A DNA stretch of 64,000 nt from a virus: IMG/VR virus record IMGVR_UViG_3300048088_000314, positions 1-64,000 of that record; one strand, written 5' to 3'. Below, piece after piece: positions 1 to 9,753 of the stretch. The notes under the pieces are model-generated. The model saw only the letters and a program-made list of their open reading frames with translations. It was not told where the DNA came from and made no database searches. How positions within the stretch are numbered: the first letter of the stretch is position 1; each line of letters starts with the position of its first letter. Made by a program: the position numbers and the translations under genes.

Positions 1-450
1 GCTTTTAACCCGAACCTCTACCACGTGGGGGTGGTCCACGACCGGGTTCTGCGGACGATCAAGATGGCGTCGCCCGAGACGCTGATGGTGCAGCCCGGAG
101 CAGAACAGCAGCCCCAGGGACAGGACCCGCGCCTCGTAGCCGCTCAGCAGAAGGCGCAGGCGGCCGAACAGGCGGCCCAACAGCGCATGGCCGAAACTCA
201 GCAAAAGTCCCAGCAAGCCGATCGGGATCATCAGTTGACCTTGGCCGAGGGCGCGCAGAAGGCGCAGGCAGACGAGGCCGACCGTGCCCAGGACGCCCAT
301 ATCGCCGCACTCGAATCCTCGGATCGTGCGGCCGATCGCGCCGCCAAGCTCGAGATCGCTCGGGTGAAGGAAGAAACCCAGCGCCAGCGTCTTGAGCAGG
401 AAGGGCACACCGCAGACCAGACCGCCTTTGGCCAGCCGATGACCCCGTAG
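1..450 (+). CDS. C-terminal part of probable portal protein (runs off window start)
   Basis: Frame open from base 1; Q/A-rich coiled-coil tail; lies upstream of GroES-scaffold-capsid block. Confidence 0.5.
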   Translation, partial: AFNPNLYHVGVVHDRVLRTIKMASPETLMVQPGAEQQPQGQDPRLVAAQQKAQAAEQAAQQRMAETQQKSQQADRDHQLTLAEGAQKAQADEADRAQDAHIAALESSDRAADRAAKLEIARVKEETQRQRLEQEGHTADQTAFGQPMTP

Positions 451-545
451 CCCAAGCCGGCGCTACAATTAAGCCCATCGACTAACGAAGGCTAAATCCG
501 CTACATGCTCGTCCCATCGACTCCGCGCGGAGTCAGGAGACGATT

Positions 546-944
546 ATGAGAGTGCGCAGAGGACGCCGCGTGGCCCTCCACCACGTGATCCCGGTATTCA
601 ACGATCCCAACTACGTCGAGGAGCCGCTGTCGCGCTGGGGGCAGGAGATGGTCGATCGCCTCCGCAAGGACGAGCAGAAGCGGGATTTCTTCAATGTCGT
701 TGCGGACTGGGCGATATATCAGTTCCAATCGCTCAATGAGGTCACCAACGCCGTTCGGATGCGGCTCTATACCCAAGGCATCGAGCGGTTCCGCGGTCGT
801 GCGTCGCCGGAAGTGATCCGCACCATTATCGACGCCACGATCCTGCAAGAGCGGTGTCGCCAACAGGAAGTCGCGGCGCATCGCGCCAAGGAAGCCCGCG
901 AAAAAGCAGCCCGTAGCGCGAAACGCACTGCGATGGTATCGTGA
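546..944 (+). CDS. hypothetical phage protein
   Basis: ORF preceded by AGGAGA RBS. Confidence 0.6.
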   Translation: MRVRRGRRVALHHVIPVFNDPNYVEEPLSRWGQEMVDRLRKDEQKRDFFNVVADWAIYQFQSLNEVTNAVRMRLYTQGIERFRGRASPEVIRTIIDATILQERCRQQEVAAHRAKEAREKAARSAKRTAMVS

Positions 945-976
945 GGCGATAGTGCTGAGCGCTGAGGAGAGGGTCC

Positions 977-1627
977 ATGTTTCAGCCAATGCAAAAGGGC
1001 AGGCAGCGGGCGGGTGACCTGATCCAGAACTCGGGCTACGGCCGGCCGCCGATGGCCGGAGGCGGCCATCCGGATTACGCCGAAGACAAGAAGATGATCG
1101 AGAAGGCGTTTTCCGAGCACGACAAGCAATTGCACGGCGGCAAGAAAACCCGGCTGAAGCTCGCCGGCGGCGGCGTTGCCGAGGGCGAGTTGGCCCCGCA
1201 TCGTGCCGATCGCGCCGCGCGTGGCGGTCGCCAGGGTGGCAAGCACAAGGGCACCCAGGTCAACGTTGCCGTGATCTCTCCCCGCGGTGGCGCGGGTGGT
1301 CCGGGGGCCATGGGAGGCCCGATGATGGGCCCGGCCGGGCTGCCGCCGCGTCCGCCGATCGCGCCGCCGATGCCAGCCCCGCCGCCGCCGCGCCCCGCCG
1401 TTCCGCCTCCGGGCGCCGTGCCCGCCGGGATGCCGCCGGGTGGGGGTATCCCGATGGGCGCCGGCATGGCGACGCCGCCGATGGGTCCGCGCCCGATGCC
1501 GATCCGCACCGGCGGCCGTGCCGGCTGGAAGGATGGCGGGGAACTGGGCCGCGGTGGTATCGGTTCGCCGGCATTTGATGCCGGCGCGGGCTCCGGAAGG
1601 GGACGCCTGGAGAAGCGAGACCGCTAG
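977..1627 (+). CDS. Gly/Pro-rich putative internal head protein with xxxGG motifs
   Basis: GAGGAG RBS; LAGGG, RTGG, WKDGG motifs shared with other virion proteins here. Confidence 0.6.
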   Translation: MFQPMQKGRQRAGDLIQNSGYGRPPMAGGGHPDYAEDKKMIEKAFSEHDKQLHGGKKTRLKLAGGGVAEGELAPHRADRAARGGRQGGKHKGTQVNVAVISPRGGAGGPGAMGGPMMGPAGLPPRPPIAPPMPAPPPPRPAVPPPGAVPAGMPPGGGIPMGAGMATPPMGPRPMPIRTGGRAGWKDGGELGRGGIGSPAFDAGAGSGRGRLEKRDR

Positions 1628-1680
1628 AACGGGGAGCTTCACCAAGCGTTGGCTTCAGAGAACTTGAAGGGAGCGTTGAT

Positions 1681-1851
1681 ATGAGCGACCAGAGCACTGC
1701 CCAGCCGGAAGCCGCCGTCGAGACGGTTGCTCCCGAGAAGTCGAAGCCGGCACCGAAGCTGACCGCGGCCGACAAGGCCTGGATCCGCGACGAGATGCAC
1801 CTTGCCGTCGCGGGCATCTCGCGGGAGCAGCGCGAAGAGCAGAACCCCTGA
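1681..1851 (+). CDS. small hypothetical protein (56 aa, MSDQSTAQPE...)
   Basis: Read manually; GGGAG RBS; fills gap between neighbouring genes. Confidence 0.6.
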   Translation: MSDQSTAQPEAAVETVAPEKSKPAPKLTAADKAWIRDEMHLAVAGISREQREEQNP

Positions 1852-1852
1852 C

Positions 1853-2242
1853 GTGGCCATCACGGTGCACAACTACGACCCCATGACGGGCAACTGCCTG
1901 GACTGCGGTGCGCGCCGGGAGGAGATCGACGACAATCTCTTCCCAGCCTGCGAGAAGATCGAGGGGCCGCACCGGCTGGCGATCATCGCTGTGCGCCGTG
2001 AAGCGACGCATCAGCAGTGGCGAGTGAGGCATGCGTGGAGGAATCTACGCCAAGCCGAGGCGCAGGCAGTTGCATGCAGCCAGGAACTACGCGCCGCGCA
2101 GGATGACGAGCGCGCTCTGCTCGACAGCCTTCATGTGCTGAAGCGGGAGAATGGTTCTCTTCCGGACAAGACGCAGCAAACCCTCGCCGAGGCCATCAAC
2201 CGCAAGTTCGATCCTCACGCCGGGTTCGTCTATCAGGACTGA
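1853..2242 (+). CDS. hypothetical protein with CxxC and coiled coil
   Basis: GTG start immediately after previous stop; CLDC motif. Confidence 0.6.
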   Translation: MAITVHNYDPMTGNCLDCGARREEIDDNLFPACEKIEGPHRLAIIAVRREATHQQWRVRHAWRNLRQAEAQAVACSQELRAAQDDERALLDSLHVLKRENGSLPDKTQQTLAEAINRKFDPHAGFVYQD

Positions 2243-2247
2243 TCGCC

Positions 2248-2565
2248 ATGGGCGGCTTCTACATGCGCACCGCTCTTCCCGAGAACCCGACGCGGCCTGA
2301 CGCGATCCTCTGGCAGGGGCCCTATCTGGGGCCGATCAGCGCGATGGACGTCGGGCGCATGGCCGAGGAACTGACGAAGCGCAATGTGTTCTTCCACCGG
2401 GCCTTCCCCCACCAGCGCCAGGGCGCCCGCTACTTGATCATCGAAGGATGGAAGAAACAGCCGCCCTTTATGCCCGACATCCCGACCCCCGAGTATCTCG
2501 ACGCCCTGATCTTCGGTGAGACGACGCATGCTCAGAATGATCCCGGTCGAAAGCAGCCACATTAG
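2248..2565 (+). CDS. hypothetical protein
   Basis: ORF in tightly packed operon. Confidence 0.5.
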   Translation: MGGFYMRTALPENPTRPDAILWQGPYLGPISAMDVGRMAEELTKRNVFFHRAFPHQRQGARYLIIEGWKKQPPFMPDIPTPEYLDALIFGETTHAQNDPGRKQPH

Positions 2566-2845
2566 GGCTATCGGGTACGATTTCGACGCGCAGCGTCTCC
2601 ACGTGGAATACAAGACCGATCGGACCTATACCTGGGACGGAGTGCCTCCGGAGAAATTCGCTGGGCTCATGGCCGCCGAATCGCACGGGAAGTACCTCAA
2701 CCAGGAAATCCGCCGGCGCTATTCGGAGCGCGTCTACGAGGCAGCCGGTCCAGAGCAGGATGCTCCCATAGAAGATGATTTCCACGCCGCGCTCGAGCGG
2801 GCGATCGACAAGTTCCACCGAGATGCGAAGGATGCTCTCCAATGA
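2516..2845 (+). CDS. KTSC domain protein
   Basis: VESSHIRAIGYD...Y...VP...LMAAESHGKYLN pattern; exact start uncertain. Confidence 0.85.
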   Translation: MRRRMLRMIPVESSHIRAIGYDFDAQRLHVEYKTDRTYTWDGVPPEKFAGLMAAESHGKYLNQEIRRRYSERVYEAAGPEQDAPIEDDFHAALERAIDKFHRDAKDALQ

Positions 2846-3099
2846 GGGGAATGGTCGAGGACGACATCGACAAGCTGATCCGCAAGATCAAGCAGCGTCG
2901 CGAGGACCTGGTCGACATCCTGATCAAGGGATCGGCGCCGGCGGAAAATGTCGCCCATGGGTATTTCGCCATCGCCGCGAAGATCGCGGCCTGTGACGAG
3001 ATCCTGACCGACATCAAGGAAGAGTTGGCGAACTGGGCGACCTGGGATCCGATGCCGCGTCCGACCAGACGCAATGTCACTGATCCTGCTGGTTATTAA
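2842..3099 (+). CDS. hypothetical protein
   Basis: ATGA overlap with upstream gene. Confidence 0.55.
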   Translation: MRGMVEDDIDKLIRKIKQRREDLVDILIKGSAPAENVAHGYFAIAAKIAACDEILTDIKEELANWATWDPMPRPTRRNVTDPAGY

Positions 3100-3183
3100 C
3101 AAAACGGCATAGTTTCCAAAGCCGCAGTTTCCGGCGCGTCCATTGCCGCGCCGGCATTGAACAAGCCCGCCCTGTAAAACAAA

Positions 3184-3213
3184 TTGACCGAAGCGAGAGG
3201 CCGCGCCTACAAT
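3184..3213 (+). promoter_or_regulatory. sigma70-like promoter (TTGACC-18bp-TACAAT) flanked by two inverted operator-like motifs
   Basis: Intergenic, upstream of head operon; motif copies at 3157-3180 and 3211-3234. Confidence 0.55.
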
Positions 3214-3256
3214 CTACACGCTCAGCTTGTTCAATTTCTGGGGCGCAAGAGGTCAC

Positions 3257-3682
3257 ATGGCGGTCACGGCGATTGCGATGCGGATGGCGGAAACGCCCGA
3301 GCAGGCCCGACAGCGGATGCTCGATGAAGTGACCCCATTGATGGAGGCGAGCGGCCTCCAGGCGGTCGGCAACAACATCCTCGTCATGGTCTACGACCGC
3401 GCCGGCCAGAAGACAGCCGGCGGCCTCTATGTCCCGGACAGCCATCGCGAAGACGAGTTCCAAGGCAAGATCGGCCTCGTTCTCGGCGTCGGCCCCATGT
3501 GCAACGACGATGCCGCGTCGAACTACTCCAGTTGGTTCGGCGGCGAGGCTCCAAAGGCCGGCGACTGGGTCGGCATCAGCATCCGGGACGGTCTGGCCGT
3601 GAAGCTGGGCAAGCATACCTGCCGCCTCGTCAGGTGGGACCTGATCCAGTTCGTGGTCTCGTCCCCGCACGAGGTCGAGTAA
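3257..3682 (+). CDS. groES: GroES-like co-chaperonin
   Basis: LQAVGNNILV...KTAGGLYVPD...GLVLGVGP...GDWV pattern. Confidence 0.85.
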   Translation: MAVTAIAMRMAETPEQARQRMLDEVTPLMEASGLQAVGNNILVMVYDRAGQKTAGGLYVPDSHREDEFQGKIGLVLGVGPMCNDDAASNYSSWFGGEAPKAGDWVGISIRDGLAVKLGKHTCRLVRWDLIQFVVSSPHEVE

Positions 3683-3695
3683 CCAGGAGCACGGC

Positions 3696-4607
3696 ATGCC
3701 CGATCTCACTCCCGAACAAATCGAAGCCCTCATCGCCGAGCGCGACACGCTCGCCGCCGGCCTTCAAGCGGAGCGCTCGCGCGCCGACGAGCTCGACGGC
3801 AGGGTCCGCAGGACCGACACGCAGATGGCCGAGGCGGTTGTCGCCAATGCGGCGAGCAATGCCGCCCAGGCCGATGCGGCGATTCGCGCATGCGACGCCG
3901 AGATCACCGCGCTCGAGGAGAAGGCGGCGAACCTCAATGCCGAGGGCAACTTCGCCGAGGCCGCGAAGATCAACACCATGGTCGGCGACGCCACGGCGCG
4001 GCGGAATGCTGCCCGGCAGAGCAAGGCCTATTTCGAACAGCAGCACGGCCAGTTGAAGGCGCAGCCGACCGACCCGGTCGAGCGCTTCCTGGCCGCCAAT
4101 CCGGACTTCAGCGAGGCAGAGCAGAAGTGGATTCGTGAGAATCCGCGCTATGCGACCGATCGCGGGTTCCGGGATCGCGTCAACGCCGCGCATGGCTCGG
4201 CCCAGGAGAAGGGATTCCCCCGGGGCAGCGAGGACTACTTCAAGCATCTCGCGGATGCCGGCTACATGCGGCCGGTCGCGATCGTCCCGAAGCCAGGCGA
4301 AGGCGAGGTCGAAGAGACCCCGTTCTCCAGCGCGGCCACCGAGGGTGAGGAAATGAACAACCAGCCGCCGCCGCGTCCACGGGCGACCGCAGCGCCGCCG
4401 TCGCGTCGTTCCCCGACCTCCGGAGGCGAGCGGATCGAGCGCGGCCGTCTGAACGCCGACCAGATGGAAATGGCGATGCGGATGGCCGAGCTTACCGCGC
4501 CGACCGAGGTTCTCGATGGCGGCCCGGCCGCGGTCGCCAAGTGGTGGCAGGACATCGACACCAGCCCCGCCGCCGCCCGCAAGCGGGAGGAGTGGGCCCA
4601 GCTATGA
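3696..4607 (+). CDS. putative capsid scaffolding protein
   Basis: Ala/Glu-rich coiled coil; position upstream of MCP; AGGAG RBS. Confidence 0.65.
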   Translation: MPDLTPEQIEALIAERDTLAAGLQAERSRADELDGRVRRTDTQMAEAVVANAASNAAQADAAIRACDAEITALEEKAANLNAEGNFAEAAKINTMVGDATARRNAARQSKAYFEQQHGQLKAQPTDPVERFLAANPDFSEAEQKWIRENPRYATDRGFRDRVNAAHGSAQEKGFPRGSEDYFKHLADAGYMRPVAIVPKPGEGEVEETPFSSAATEGEEMNNQPPPRPRATAAPPSRRSPTSGGERIERGRLNADQMEMAMRMAELTAPTEVLDGGPAAVAKWWQDIDTSPAAARKREEWAQL

Positions 4608-5161
4608 GCGACAAGCACGCCCCGCCGATGACACGTGCCGGCGCGGCCGGCCCTGCCGCCGGCGCCGCCGCCCCAGCCACCGCAAGGGGCGCCGAACTGG
4701 CCCTTCCGCCGGCCTATCTCGCGCCGCTGCCGCACGAGAAGTATCAAATCCCCGAAGAGCTACGCGACCCGGACATGGACTATCTGTGGCTGCCGTCGTC
4801 GATCTTCGGCGAGCCGAACAAACGCGCGATCGCCCAGCATTTCCGCATGGGCTGGGTTCCGGCCCAGGCCAAGGATTTTCCGCATATCTCGGGATACGGC
4901 GCCGATTACCCAGCGGAGCTCGTTGCCCGCGGCCTGGTCGACAACGTCCGACCCGACGACATCCTCGAGGTCGATGGGCTGATGCTCGTGCAGCGCCCGC
5001 TCGCGGTGTCGCAGATGGCGCGGAAACAGATGGCCGCGGAGGCAGCCGACCGGGTCAACAACCAGTTCCGCCGGCTTCAATCCCAATACCGAGCGAATTT
5101 CGAAGGCGGCGGAGTTAAGCGGGCGATCCGTCCGCTCGCCGACGAAGGATACAGCGGTTAA
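4604..5161 (+). CDS. hypothetical head-module protein
   Basis: ATGA overlap with scaffold gene. Confidence 0.65.
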   Translation: MSDKHAPPMTRAGAAGPAAGAAAPATARGAELALPPAYLAPLPHEKYQIPEELRDPDMDYLWLPSSIFGEPNKRAIAQHFRMGWVPAQAKDFPHISGYGADYPAELVARGLVDNVRPDDILEVDGLMLVQRPLAVSQMARKQMAAEAADRVNNQFRRLQSQYRANFEGGGVKRAIRPLADEGYSG

Positions 5162-5176
5162 CCGGAGGCTTGATCG

Positions 5177-5782
5177 ATGGCAACGAATCCCAATTCGCCG
5201 TTCGGTTTCCTGTACTCCTCCCGCCGGGATGGGTCGCCGCCGAATTACGGCAATCGCCTCGGCTACATCGCGTCGGGCAATACCAACAAGATCTTCACCG
5301 GCGACGTGCTGAAGCCGAATGCTTCGGGTGTCCTCGACGTGTTCACCACGCCGACGCCCGGTGGCGCTCCGATCGGCGGGATCGCCGGGTGGTTCTCCTG
5401 GACCAGCACGAGCCAGAACCGGACGGTCTGGCAGAACTGGTGGCCCGGCAACGGCGACAGCGTCGGCAACGTGCAGGCGCTCTACTACTCGGACCCGTTC
5501 TCCATTTTCATCGTGCAGTGCCTCCTGGGCCCGGTCACCGCAGCGCAGGTCGGCCTCGACGCCAACTTCGCCGTCGGCGGCGGCGGCCAGCAGACCGGCG
5601 CCGGGAACAAGTCGAGCTTCTCGCTTGACGACGGCACGCTGATCGCCAGCCCGACGCTGCCGTTCAAGGTCTACGACCTGCCGAATTACAGCCCGATCAA
5701 CCCGATCTTCGTGCAGCCCGGGTTCGATCCGGCCAACGCCTACAACCAGGTCCGGGTCACTCTCAACAATCTCGACGCCTAA
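5177..5782 (+). CDS. capsid decoration/cement protein
   Basis: MATNPNSPFGF start; beta-rich; directly upstream of MCP. Confidence 0.6.
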   Translation: MATNPNSPFGFLYSSRRDGSPPNYGNRLGYIASGNTNKIFTGDVLKPNASGVLDVFTTPTPGGAPIGGIAGWFSWTSTSQNRTVWQNWWPGNGDSVGNVQALYYSDPFSIFIVQCLLGPVTAAQVGLDANFAVGGGGQQTGAGNKSSFSLDDGTLIASPTLPFKVYDLPNYSPINPIFVQPGFDPANAYNQVRVTLNNLDA

Positions 5783-5837
5783 TCGGCGTGGTGCCGAGCA
5801 GGTATTCGTAAGGCCGACTAGGCAGAGGAGCTAAGCA

Positions 5838-6746
5838 ATGGCCGTCAATCGTGGAGCAATTCGCGACTTGCTGGTTCCCGGCTTGGTCGCCGTGACGGGG
5901 AAATATCCCCAAATACCGCGGCAATGGAGCCAGATCTTCCGTCGCACCGACTCGAAGATGGCGCTCGAGCGTGCAGCCGAGATGCGCTACACGGGCCTGG
6001 CGCAGTTGAAGGCGGAGGGTGGCGCGACGATCTTCGACAACGCCGCCGGCGAGCGCTTCGTCTACCAGATCGAGCACGTCTCACTCGGCCTCGGCGTGGC
6101 GATGACCCGCGAGATGCTCGACGACAACCTCTACAAGGACAACTTCGGCCCGATGTCGATGGGCCTGGCCGAGTCGTTCAAGCAGACGGAGGAGATCCTC
6201 CACGCCAACCTGCTGAACACCGGCACCACGTACAACCAGAACATCATCGGCGACGGGAAGGCGCTGTTCGCGACCGACCATCCGATCGACAACGGCTCCT
6301 ACGCGAACCGGCCGTCCCCGGACATCGGTCTCAACGAGAGCGCCATCGAATACGCGCTGCAGCAGATCCGCGTCTTCCCCGATCAGGCCGGCCTGCGCAT
6401 GGAAGCCCGCGGCAAGCGGCTCGTCGTCCCGATCGCCCAGCAGTTCACTGCGGCCCGCCTCTGCCGCGCCGACCTGCGCCCCGGCACCAACAACAACGAC
6501 ATCACCGCTTTCCTCGCCGAGGGTGGCCTCTCCGAGGGCTACCAGGTCATGGACTACCTGAGCAGCCCGCTCAACTGGTTCATGACCTCCACCATCCCCG
6601 GCCTCGTCTCCTTCAACCGCATGCCCTTCGAGCTCGACATGCAGGTGGACCCTATCACGGGAAACCTAATGATAATTGCGTACCAACGTTACGGTATAGG
6701 CTACCTCAATCCCCGGTCCATTTGGGGCAGTTTTCCGAGCGCATAG
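5838..6746 (+). CDS. major capsid protein (probable HK97 fold)
   Basis: LLVPGL...EEILHANLLNTG...GDGKALFATDHP...RLVVP...YLSSPLNWF...RYGIGYLNPR pattern; GAGGAG RBS. Confidence 0.88.
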   Translation: MAVNRGAIRDLLVPGLVAVTGKYPQIPRQWSQIFRRTDSKMALERAAEMRYTGLAQLKAEGGATIFDNAAGERFVYQIEHVSLGLGVAMTREMLDDNLYKDNFGPMSMGLAESFKQTEEILHANLLNTGTTYNQNIIGDGKALFATDHPIDNGSYANRPSPDIGLNESAIEYALQQIRVFPDQAGLRMEARGKRLVVPIAQQFTAARLCRADLRPGTNNNDITAFLAEGGLSEGYQVMDYLSSPLNWFMTSTIPGLVSFNRMPFELDMQVDPITGNLMIIAYQRYGIGYLNPRSIWGSFPSA

Positions 6747-6836
6747 GTTGCATCACGGGTTTGCACGCGCGTGGTCGGGCGGTGAGATGAAGTACGAGGG
6801 CTTGGCGACCGAACCGTCTGTCAATGGGGTGAAAAC

Positions 6837-7820
6837 ATGACCATCTCGGCCAGCGACGGCCCGATCGTAACCAAGGGTTGGCAAGCCGCGCTCGGGAGCG
6901 CCTCGGGGACGTCGAGCGCCACGGGTGCGCCGAACGCGTATGTCTCGGGCACGGCCGATAACCCAGACGCGGGACCGAACGTGTTTTACGACGGCGTCGC
7001 GATGAAGGATGCGTACTACCGCTACCAGGAAGGCGGTGGGTCGCTGTCGAGCTCGACGGGCTACAAGAACCAGGCCTGCGGTTTCGTCGAGAACATGATC
7101 CTGACGGCGGACTTTGTGCCGTCGCAGATCTCGACCACCAATGTCTCCGCGCTCGCGGCGCCGACCATCGCAACCCCGGTGACGCTGGCGGCAGGCACCG
7201 GCACCGCGATCGAGACCGCGTCCCAGGTCGTGTTGAACACCGGGCTTACGGTGCCCTCGGGTGTGCTGCGCATCGACGCGGCGCCGACCTGGCAGAGCTT
7301 TGGCACGTCAGGCGCGATCCGCGGCTGGAACGGCGCCGGCGTCGGCCGGGCGCTGTCGTTCACGTCGGGTGGGAACGCTTCCGCGGTGACCTTCCGTATC
7401 CGCGGCTACGACATCTACGGCAACCCCGTCACCGAGGACGTGGTCGGCCCGAGCGGCAACACGGTCAACTCGGCGAAATGCTACAAGTGGATCCTGTCGA
7501 TCACGCCGAACGCGACCAGTGCGCAGACCGTCTCGATTGGCACCGCCGACATCTTCGAATTTCCTATTAGGGCCGATCGATTCAGCACGGTTACCATCTA
7601 CGTCAACGAGACGCTGATCACCGCGAACACGGGCTTCGTCGCGGCGGTGCTGACCGATCCGGCGACGGCGGTGACCGGCGACGTCCGCGGCACCTACGCG
7701 CTGCAGACGCCATCGGATGGGGTGGAGCGGCTGGTGATCTATCAGCGCATGGGGCCGGCGCGGCTCAACACCAACCCGCCCTCCACCGGAATGTTCGGGC
7801 CTGCCCAATTCTCGGCGTAA
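6837..7820 (+). CDS. virion structural protein
   Basis: Thr/Gly/Ala-rich beta protein after MCP; GYDIYGNPVTE and TGDVRGTY motifs. Confidence 0.7.
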   Translation: MTISASDGPIVTKGWQAALGSASGTSSATGAPNAYVSGTADNPDAGPNVFYDGVAMKDAYYRYQEGGGSLSSSTGYKNQACGFVENMILTADFVPSQISTTNVSALAAPTIATPVTLAAGTGTAIETASQVVLNTGLTVPSGVLRIDAAPTWQSFGTSGAIRGWNGAGVGRALSFTSGGNASAVTFRIRGYDIYGNPVTEDVVGPSGNTVNSAKCYKWILSITPNATSAQTVSIGTADIFEFPIRADRFSTVTIYVNETLITANTGFVAAVLTDPATAVTGDVRGTYALQTPSDGVERLVIYQRMGPARLNTNPPSTGMFGPAQFSA

Positions 7821-7848
7821 CCCGCGCCTTTAGGTAGGAGCGACTTCG

Positions 7849-8529
7849 ATTCGCCCCTGGATTATCACCAAGACGCTGACGGCGGCTGTCGCGGACAACA
7901 TCGCGCAGAGCCAGGTTCCGGTATCCGGGACGGCGCTGACCCTCAACGGGACGACGGTGGTTTCCGGCGTTGCGACGCTCGACACCCAGCGGCGTGTGCA
8001 ATTGGCCTACGGGAACGAGGCCGTCGCCCGGACGATGCTGATCACCGGGACGAACGGGGCGGGCGCCACGATCAGCGAAACGCTGGCGGTGCCCTCGGGT
8101 GCTCCGGGCACGGTTGCAACGCTCCAGGACTTCCTCACGGTCACGCAGGCCATGCCGGCGGGCGGGGGATGGACCGCTGCCGTCACGCTCGGCACGAACG
8201 CGGTCGGCTCAACGCCCTGGATCAATACCGACACGTACAACGGCCCGATGCAGATCGGGTTCGAATTGGAGCTCCTGGTGGCGGGCGGGACTGCGACGAT
8301 CGAGACGACGCAGAACTCGCCATGGCCAAATCAGGCACCGATCTATACGGCAGGGTTCGACCAGACCCTTCCCGTGCCGACGCCGTTTGCGGCTGCCGGG
8401 CTGACGGGGGTCGCCGGGAATACCCAGGGCGCGGTAGCGCTGACGACGATCATCGCGTGGCGCCTCACGGTGACCGGCACGGGCAGTTGGCGTGCCACCG
8501 GAATTGCTAGCGGTCTGATTCAGGGCTGA
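7849..8529 (+). CDS. virion structural protein, probable ATT start
   Basis: Frame open from 7834; AGGAG at 7836-7840 then ATT at 7849; first conventional start is 7957. Confidence 0.65.
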   Translation: MRPWIITKTLTAAVADNIAQSQVPVSGTALTLNGTTVVSGVATLDTQRRVQLAYGNEAVARTMLITGTNGAGATISETLAVPSGAPGTVATLQDFLTVTQAMPAGGGWTAAVTLGTNAVGSTPWINTDTYNGPMQIGFELELLVAGGTATIETTQNSPWPNQAPIYTAGFDQTLPVPTPFAAAGLTGVAGNTQGAVALTTIIAWRLTVTGTGSWRATGIASGLIQG

Positions 8530-8613
8530 TGACTCCGCGCGGAGTCCTGATTTTCCGGCTCGACGAAAGAGCGAGGCCAGATAGGACGGCCTAAAGTTTT
8601 TCTCCGCGCGGAG

Positions 8614-8643
8614 TTGACCGCGCCGTGGGCGGTGGCATATAAG
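8614..8643 (+). promoter_or_regulatory. sigma70-like promoter (TTGACC-18bp-TATAAG)
   Basis: Upstream of tRNA region; partial palindrome CTCCGCGCGGAG abuts the -35 box. Confidence 0.45.
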
Positions 8644-8844
8644 CCCCTCGCCATGACGTACAACCCAACCATACCGCCGACAGGCAAACCATCCTTAGCC
8701 GAGCTATCGCCGGCCGAACGCCAATTCTGGTATTCGTGCATCGCGAGCTCGGTCGCCGCCAATCGGCGCGGGACGATGCAGCCCAGAGGCGAGGGTTCCA
8801 CCGGGTAAGACGACGACCCGGAAGATGATCCGAAAGGATCCGAG

Positions 8845-8885
8845 AACCCCGCCAGGAAAGCCACCCGGCGGGGTTTTTGGTTTTT
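8845..8885 (+). terminator. intrinsic terminator-like hairpin
   Basis: AACCCCGCC/GGCGGGGTT stem followed by T tracts. Confidence 0.6.
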
Positions 8886-9021
8886 ACGCATAGGGCTTCG
8901 GATGTCCGACACATCCCAGGCCGACTGAGCCGGGTTGGGGGAAGAAAAGCGGTCCCAGCCAAGAGCCGTCGAGCCGGCCGCAGCGACCTTTTGATGTGGA
9001 GATATTCGTTTCGATCTTTAT

Positions 9022-9093
9022 GGGGCGGCGGCCGGGGCCGAGTTGACTCTTGCAAAGTCGACGTCCTGAGTTCGACTCTCAGTCGCTCCACCA
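9022..9093 (+). tRNA. tRNA-Ala(TGC), reduced D arm
   Basis: G3:U70, anticodon loop CT-TGC-AA, T arm, CCA. Confidence 0.8.
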
Positions 9094-9097
9094 ATAT

Positions 9098-9172
9098 GCG
9101 GCTGTAGTTCAACAGCGAGAATCCTGGGTTGCCAATCCGGGGATGACGGGGCAGCACCGTCCAGCCGCTCCA
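9098..9172 (+). tRNA. tRNA-Gly(GCC)
   Basis: Cloverleaf, TT-GCC-AA loop, atypical T loop, CCA. Confidence 0.8.
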
Positions 9173-9175
9173 TTC

Positions 9176-9267
9176 GGGCGTCGGCTCTGGTGAGCGGCTT
9201 CGCCTTATAAGCGAGGATGGGCCAGATCAGCCTAGACGGGTGGGTTCGATCCCCACGGCGCCTACCA
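9176..9267 (+). tRNA. tRNA-Ile(TAT) with long variable arm
   Basis: CT-TAT-AA loop, GGTTCGATCC, CCA. Confidence 0.75.
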
Positions 9268-9270
9268 CAT

Positions 9271-9342
9271 GGCGGGGCAGCGGGTGCTGGCGTCGCTCTC
9301 ATAAGGCGACTAGGTCCGGTTCGAGTCCGACTCCCGTCACCA
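9271..9342 (+). tRNA. tRNA-Met/Ile2(CAT)
   Basis: CT-CAT-AA loop, T arm, CCA. Confidence 0.8.
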
Positions 9343-9343
9343 G

Positions 9344-9598
9344 TTGCGCTATCATGTGCCGATGTCGATCGACGGTCGCGATGATAGGCCCGAAGGCTGG
9401 TCCTTAGCCGAAACCCAGATGCTCGAGGCCTATTTCGACGCCTGCTACGACTGGCTCGACAGCCATGGGTACTTCTGGGAGATCTGGGATCGGCCGGACG
9501 ATACCGAGTGGATTTGCGAGGCCTACGATGCGGGTCACCCGCCCGACTACGCGGCGGTAGTGTTGACGCAACGGTGGCGCAGATTTACGGTGGTTTAG
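9344..9598 (+). CDS. small acidic hypothetical protein inside tRNA array
   Basis: ORF fills gap between tRNAs; start may be 9362. Confidence 0.5.
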   Translation: MRYHVPMSIDGRDDRPEGWSLAETQMLEAYFDACYDWLDSHGYFWEIWDRPDDTEWICEAYDAGHPPDYAAVVLTQRWRRFTVV

Positions 9599-9670
9599 CG
9601 GGAAAAGCTCGGGTGCTGGAAAGGTCTCATAAGCCATTCCGGGTAGGTTCAACTCCTACTCCCGCCCCCA
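9597..9670 (+). tRNA. tRNA-Met(CAT), initiator-like 1:72 mismatch
   Basis: CT-CAT-AA loop, GGTTCAACTCC, CCA. Confidence 0.7.
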
Positions 9671-9674
9671 ATTT

Positions 9675-9749
9675 GCTCGGGTAGCTCAGTGGTAGAGCGC
9701 TACGTTGAAGGCGTGGGCGTCGGTGGTTCAACTCCATCCCCGGGCACCA
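9675..9749 (+). tRNA. tRNA-Phe(GAA)
   Basis: Canonical cloverleaf, CCA. Confidence 0.9.
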
Positions 9750-9753
9750 GATT

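Noticed and set aside
3157-3234. LexA/SOS box
   Set aside because: Spacing fits neither GTTC-N7-GTTC nor GAAC-N4-GTTC; kept as an unknown operator.
6744-6840. Read-through fusion of the MCP with the in-frame downstream gene
   Set aside because: A second stop (TGA 6783-6785) follows the TAG before 6837.
8526-8570. Hammerhead ribozyme (CTGATGA followed by a hairpin)
   Set aside because: The hairpin is not followed by GAAA and no stem I/III is evident; CTGATGA is a stop codon abutting the palindrome.
9022-9093. tmRNA fragment (G3:U70, weak D arm)
   Set aside because: It has a full TGC anticodon arm and CCA within 72 nt, and no tag reading frame.
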